DNA of 64,000 nt from Eledone cirrhosa (taxonomy: Eukaryota). The notes beneath the pieces were generated by a model that was not told the origin of the DNA, did no database searches, and saw only the letters and a program-made list of their open reading frames with translations. This document shows, piece after piece, positions 61,501-64,000 of this stretch (within the stretch, counting starts at the first letter, position 1; each line of letters begins with the position of its first letter). Both the position numbers and the translations under genes were made by a program. The stretch covers positions 37,696,001-37,760,000 of the forward strand of contig OZ024750.1 in assembly GCA_964016885.1 (NCBI GenBank), written 5' to 3'.

Positions 61501-64000
61501 TATGTGATGTACCATGAAGCTATGGCTAACCTGTACACTGTATGTGATGTACCATGAAGCTATGACTAACCTGTACACTGTATGTGATGTACCATGAAGC
61601 TATAGCTAACCTGTACACTGTATGTGATGTACCATGAAGCTATGGCTAACCTGTACACTGTATGTGATGTACCATGAAGCTATGTCTAACCTGTACACTG
61701 TATATGATGTACCATGAAGCTATGACTAACCTGTACACTGAATGTGATGTACCATGAATCTATGACTAACATGTACACTGTATGTGATGTACCATGAAGC
61801 TATGACTAACCTGTACACTGTATGTGATGTACCATGAAGCTATGCTAACCTGTACACTGTATGTGATGTACCATGAAGCTATGGCTAACCTGTACAATGT
61901 ATGTGATGTACCATGAAGCTATGACTAACCTATACACTGTATGTGATGTACCATGAAGCTATGACTAACCTGTACACTGTATGTGATGTACCATGAAGCT
62001 ATGGCTAACCTGTACACTGTATGTGATGTACCAAGAAGCTATGACTAACCTGTACACTGTATGTGATGTACCATGAAGCTATGGCTAACCTGTACACTGT
62101 ATGTGATGTACCATGAAGCTATGGCTAACCTGTACACTGTATGTGATGTACCATGAAGCTATGGCTAACCTGTACACTGTATGTGATGTACCATGAAGCT
62201 ATGGCTAACCTGTACACTGTATGTGATGTACCATGAAGCTATGACTAACCTGTACACTGTATGTGATGTACCATGAAGCTATAGCTAACCTGTACACTGT
62301 ATGTGATGTACCATGAAGCTATGGCTAACCTGTACACTGTATGTGATGTACCATGAAGCCATGACTAACCTGTACACTGTATATGATGTACCATGAAGCT
62401 ATGACTAACCTTTACACTGTATGTGATGTACCATGAAGCTATGGCTAACATGTACACTGTATGTGATGTACCATGAAGCTATGACTAACCTGTACACTGT
62501 ATGTGATGTAACATGAAGCTATGGCTAACCTGTACACTGTATGTGATGTACCATGAAGCTATGACTAACCTGTACACTGTATGTGATGTACCATGAAGTT
62601 ATGACTAACATGTACACTGTATGTGATGTACCATGAAGCTATGACTAACCTGTACACTGTATGTGATGTACCATGAATCTATGTCTAACCTGTACACTGT
62701 ATGTGATGTACCGTGAAGCTATGACTAACCTATACACTCTATGTGATGTACCATGAAGCTATGTCTAACCTGTACACCGTATGTGATGTACCATGAAGCT
62801 ATGACTAACCTATACACTGTATGTGATGTACCATGAAGCTATGACTAACCTGTACACTGTATGTGATGTACCATGAAGCTATGACTAACCTATACACTGT
62901 ATGTGATGTACCATGCAGCTATGACTAACCTGTACACTGTATGTGATGTACCATGAAGCTATGGCTAACCTGTACACTGTATGTGATGTACCATGAAGCT
63001 ATGGCTAACCTGTACACTGTATGTGATGTACCATGAAGTTATAGCTAGCCTGTACACTGTATGTGATGTACTATGAAGCTATGACTAATCTGTACACTGT
63101 ATGTGATGTACCATGAAGCTATGACTAATCTGTACACTGTATGTGATGTAACATTAAGCTATAGCTAACCTGTACACTGTATGTGATGTACCCTGAAGCT
63201 ATGACTAACCTATACACTGTATGTGATGTACCATGAAGCTATAGCTAACCTGTACACTGTATGTGATGTACCATGAAGTTATAGCTAACCTGTACACTGT
63301 ATGTGATGTACCATGAAGCTATGACTAATCTGTACACTGTATGTGATGTACCATGAAGCTATAGCTAACCCGTACACTGTATGTGATGTACCATGAAGCT
63401 ATGACTAACCTGTACACTGTATGTGATGTACCATGAAGCTATGACTAACCTGTACACTGTATGTGATGTACCATGAAGCTATGACTAAACTATACACTGT
63501 ATGTGATGTACCATGTAGCTATGACTAACCTTTACACTGTATGTGATGTACCATGAAGCTATGGCTAACCTGTACACTGTATGTGATGTATCATGAACCT
63601 ATGGCTAACCTGTACACTGTATGTGATGTACCATGAAGTTATGACTAACATGTACACTGTATGTGATGAACCATGAAGCTATGGCTAACCTGTACACTGT
63701 ATGTGATGTACCATGAAGCTATAGCTAACCTATACACTGTATGTGATGTACCATGAAGCTATGACTAACCTGTACACTGTATGTGATGTACCATGAAGCT
63801 ATGACTAACCTGTACACTGTATGTGATGTACCATGAAGCTATGGCTAACCTGTACACTGTATGTGATGTACCATGAAGCTATGACTAACCTGTACACTGT
63901 ATGTGATGTACCATGAAGCTATGGCTAACCTGTACACTGTATGTGATGTACCATGAAGCTATAGCTAACCTATACACTGTATGTGATGTACCATGAAACT

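Larger units (their letters stand above)
1..64000. repeat. Tandem satellite array, 40-bp monomer TACCATGAAGCTATG[A/G]CTAACCTGTACACTGTATGTGATG, about 1600 copies, running off both window ends
   Basis: Seen directly: the 40-mer repeats head-to-tail from base 1 to the end, mostly with 0-2 substitutions per copy. The last monomer starts at 63989, matching a cumulative 12-bp register loss from the 11 deletions observed. Confidence 0.99.
24800..64000. repeat. Higher-order domain B: core HOR of about 2.6 kb (about 65-66 monomers) with length variants, carrying 39-bp monomers
   Basis: Marker GTTATAGCTAGCC occurs 13 times (about 26.1, 28.7, 34.2, 36.8, 41.9, 44.0, 46.6, 49.5, 50.6, 53.4, 56.6, 59.2 and 63.0 kb). 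It is followed in the same order by TAACATTAAG, AACCCGTAC, CATGTAGCT/ACCTTTACAC, TATCATGAA and GATGAACC. Spacings of 2600-2640 bp recur. Confidence 0.9.

Noticed and set aside
1-64000. CRISPR array or other repeat-spacer system
   Set aside because: Monomers abut directly with no unique spacers, and there is no leader or cas gene. Variation is limited to point changes.
1-64000. Giant repetitive protein gene or coding VNTR
   Set aside because: 40 is not a multiple of 3, and stops (TGA/TAA on plus, TAG on minus) cycle through every frame within 120 bp. The ORF track shows nothing longer than 70 aa.
1-64000. Telomerase-type telomeric repeat
   Set aside because: There are no G-tracts and no G/C strand skew. 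Variants are inherited in multi-kb blocks, which fits recombinational duplication rather than templated addition. A subtelomeric location is not excluded.
1-64000. A/G alternation as an encoded message or programmed cassette system
   Set aside because: The pattern is copied along with linked rare variants in duplicated blocks. No recombinase sites, reading frame or fixed short periodicity support a code.
1-64000. Pure assembly or sequencing artefact (concatemer or collapsed repeat)
   Set aside because: Ordered rare variants, copy-specific differences and domain structure indicate real evolutionary history. Individual near-identical duplications still need read-level confirmation.
1-64000. 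Embedded transposon, unique island, inversion or RNA gene
   Set aside because: Register tracking accounts for the whole window with only 12 bp of deletions. I saw no non-repeat sequence and no reverse-orientation monomers.

Overview
The whole 64 kb window is one uninterrupted, single-orientation, head-to-tail satellite array of a 40-bp monomer, consensus TACCATGAAGCTATGRCTAACCTGTACACTGTATGTGATG (about 40-42% GC, no CpG in the consensus). Tracking the register shows only 11 indels (one 2-bp and ten 1-bp deletions, 12 bp in total), which gives 1600 complete monomers plus 12 bp. I found no gene, RNA gene, CRISPR spacer, transposon insertion or inversion. The single listed ORF is a chance read-through of the repeat. 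The information in the window lies in its variant pattern: rare substitutions recur in the same order at kilobase distances, showing irregular higher-order repeats (HORs). These define a domain A (about 1-19.1 kb), a more diverged transition zone (about 19.1-24.8 kb) and a domain B (about 24.8-64 kb) built on a unit of roughly 2.6 kb. The A/B junction itself is triplicated in a unit of about 8 kb. This looks like eukaryotic satellite DNA, but organism, family and function cannot be assigned from the sequence alone. All offsets were read by eye from marker variants, so block boundaries are approximate.
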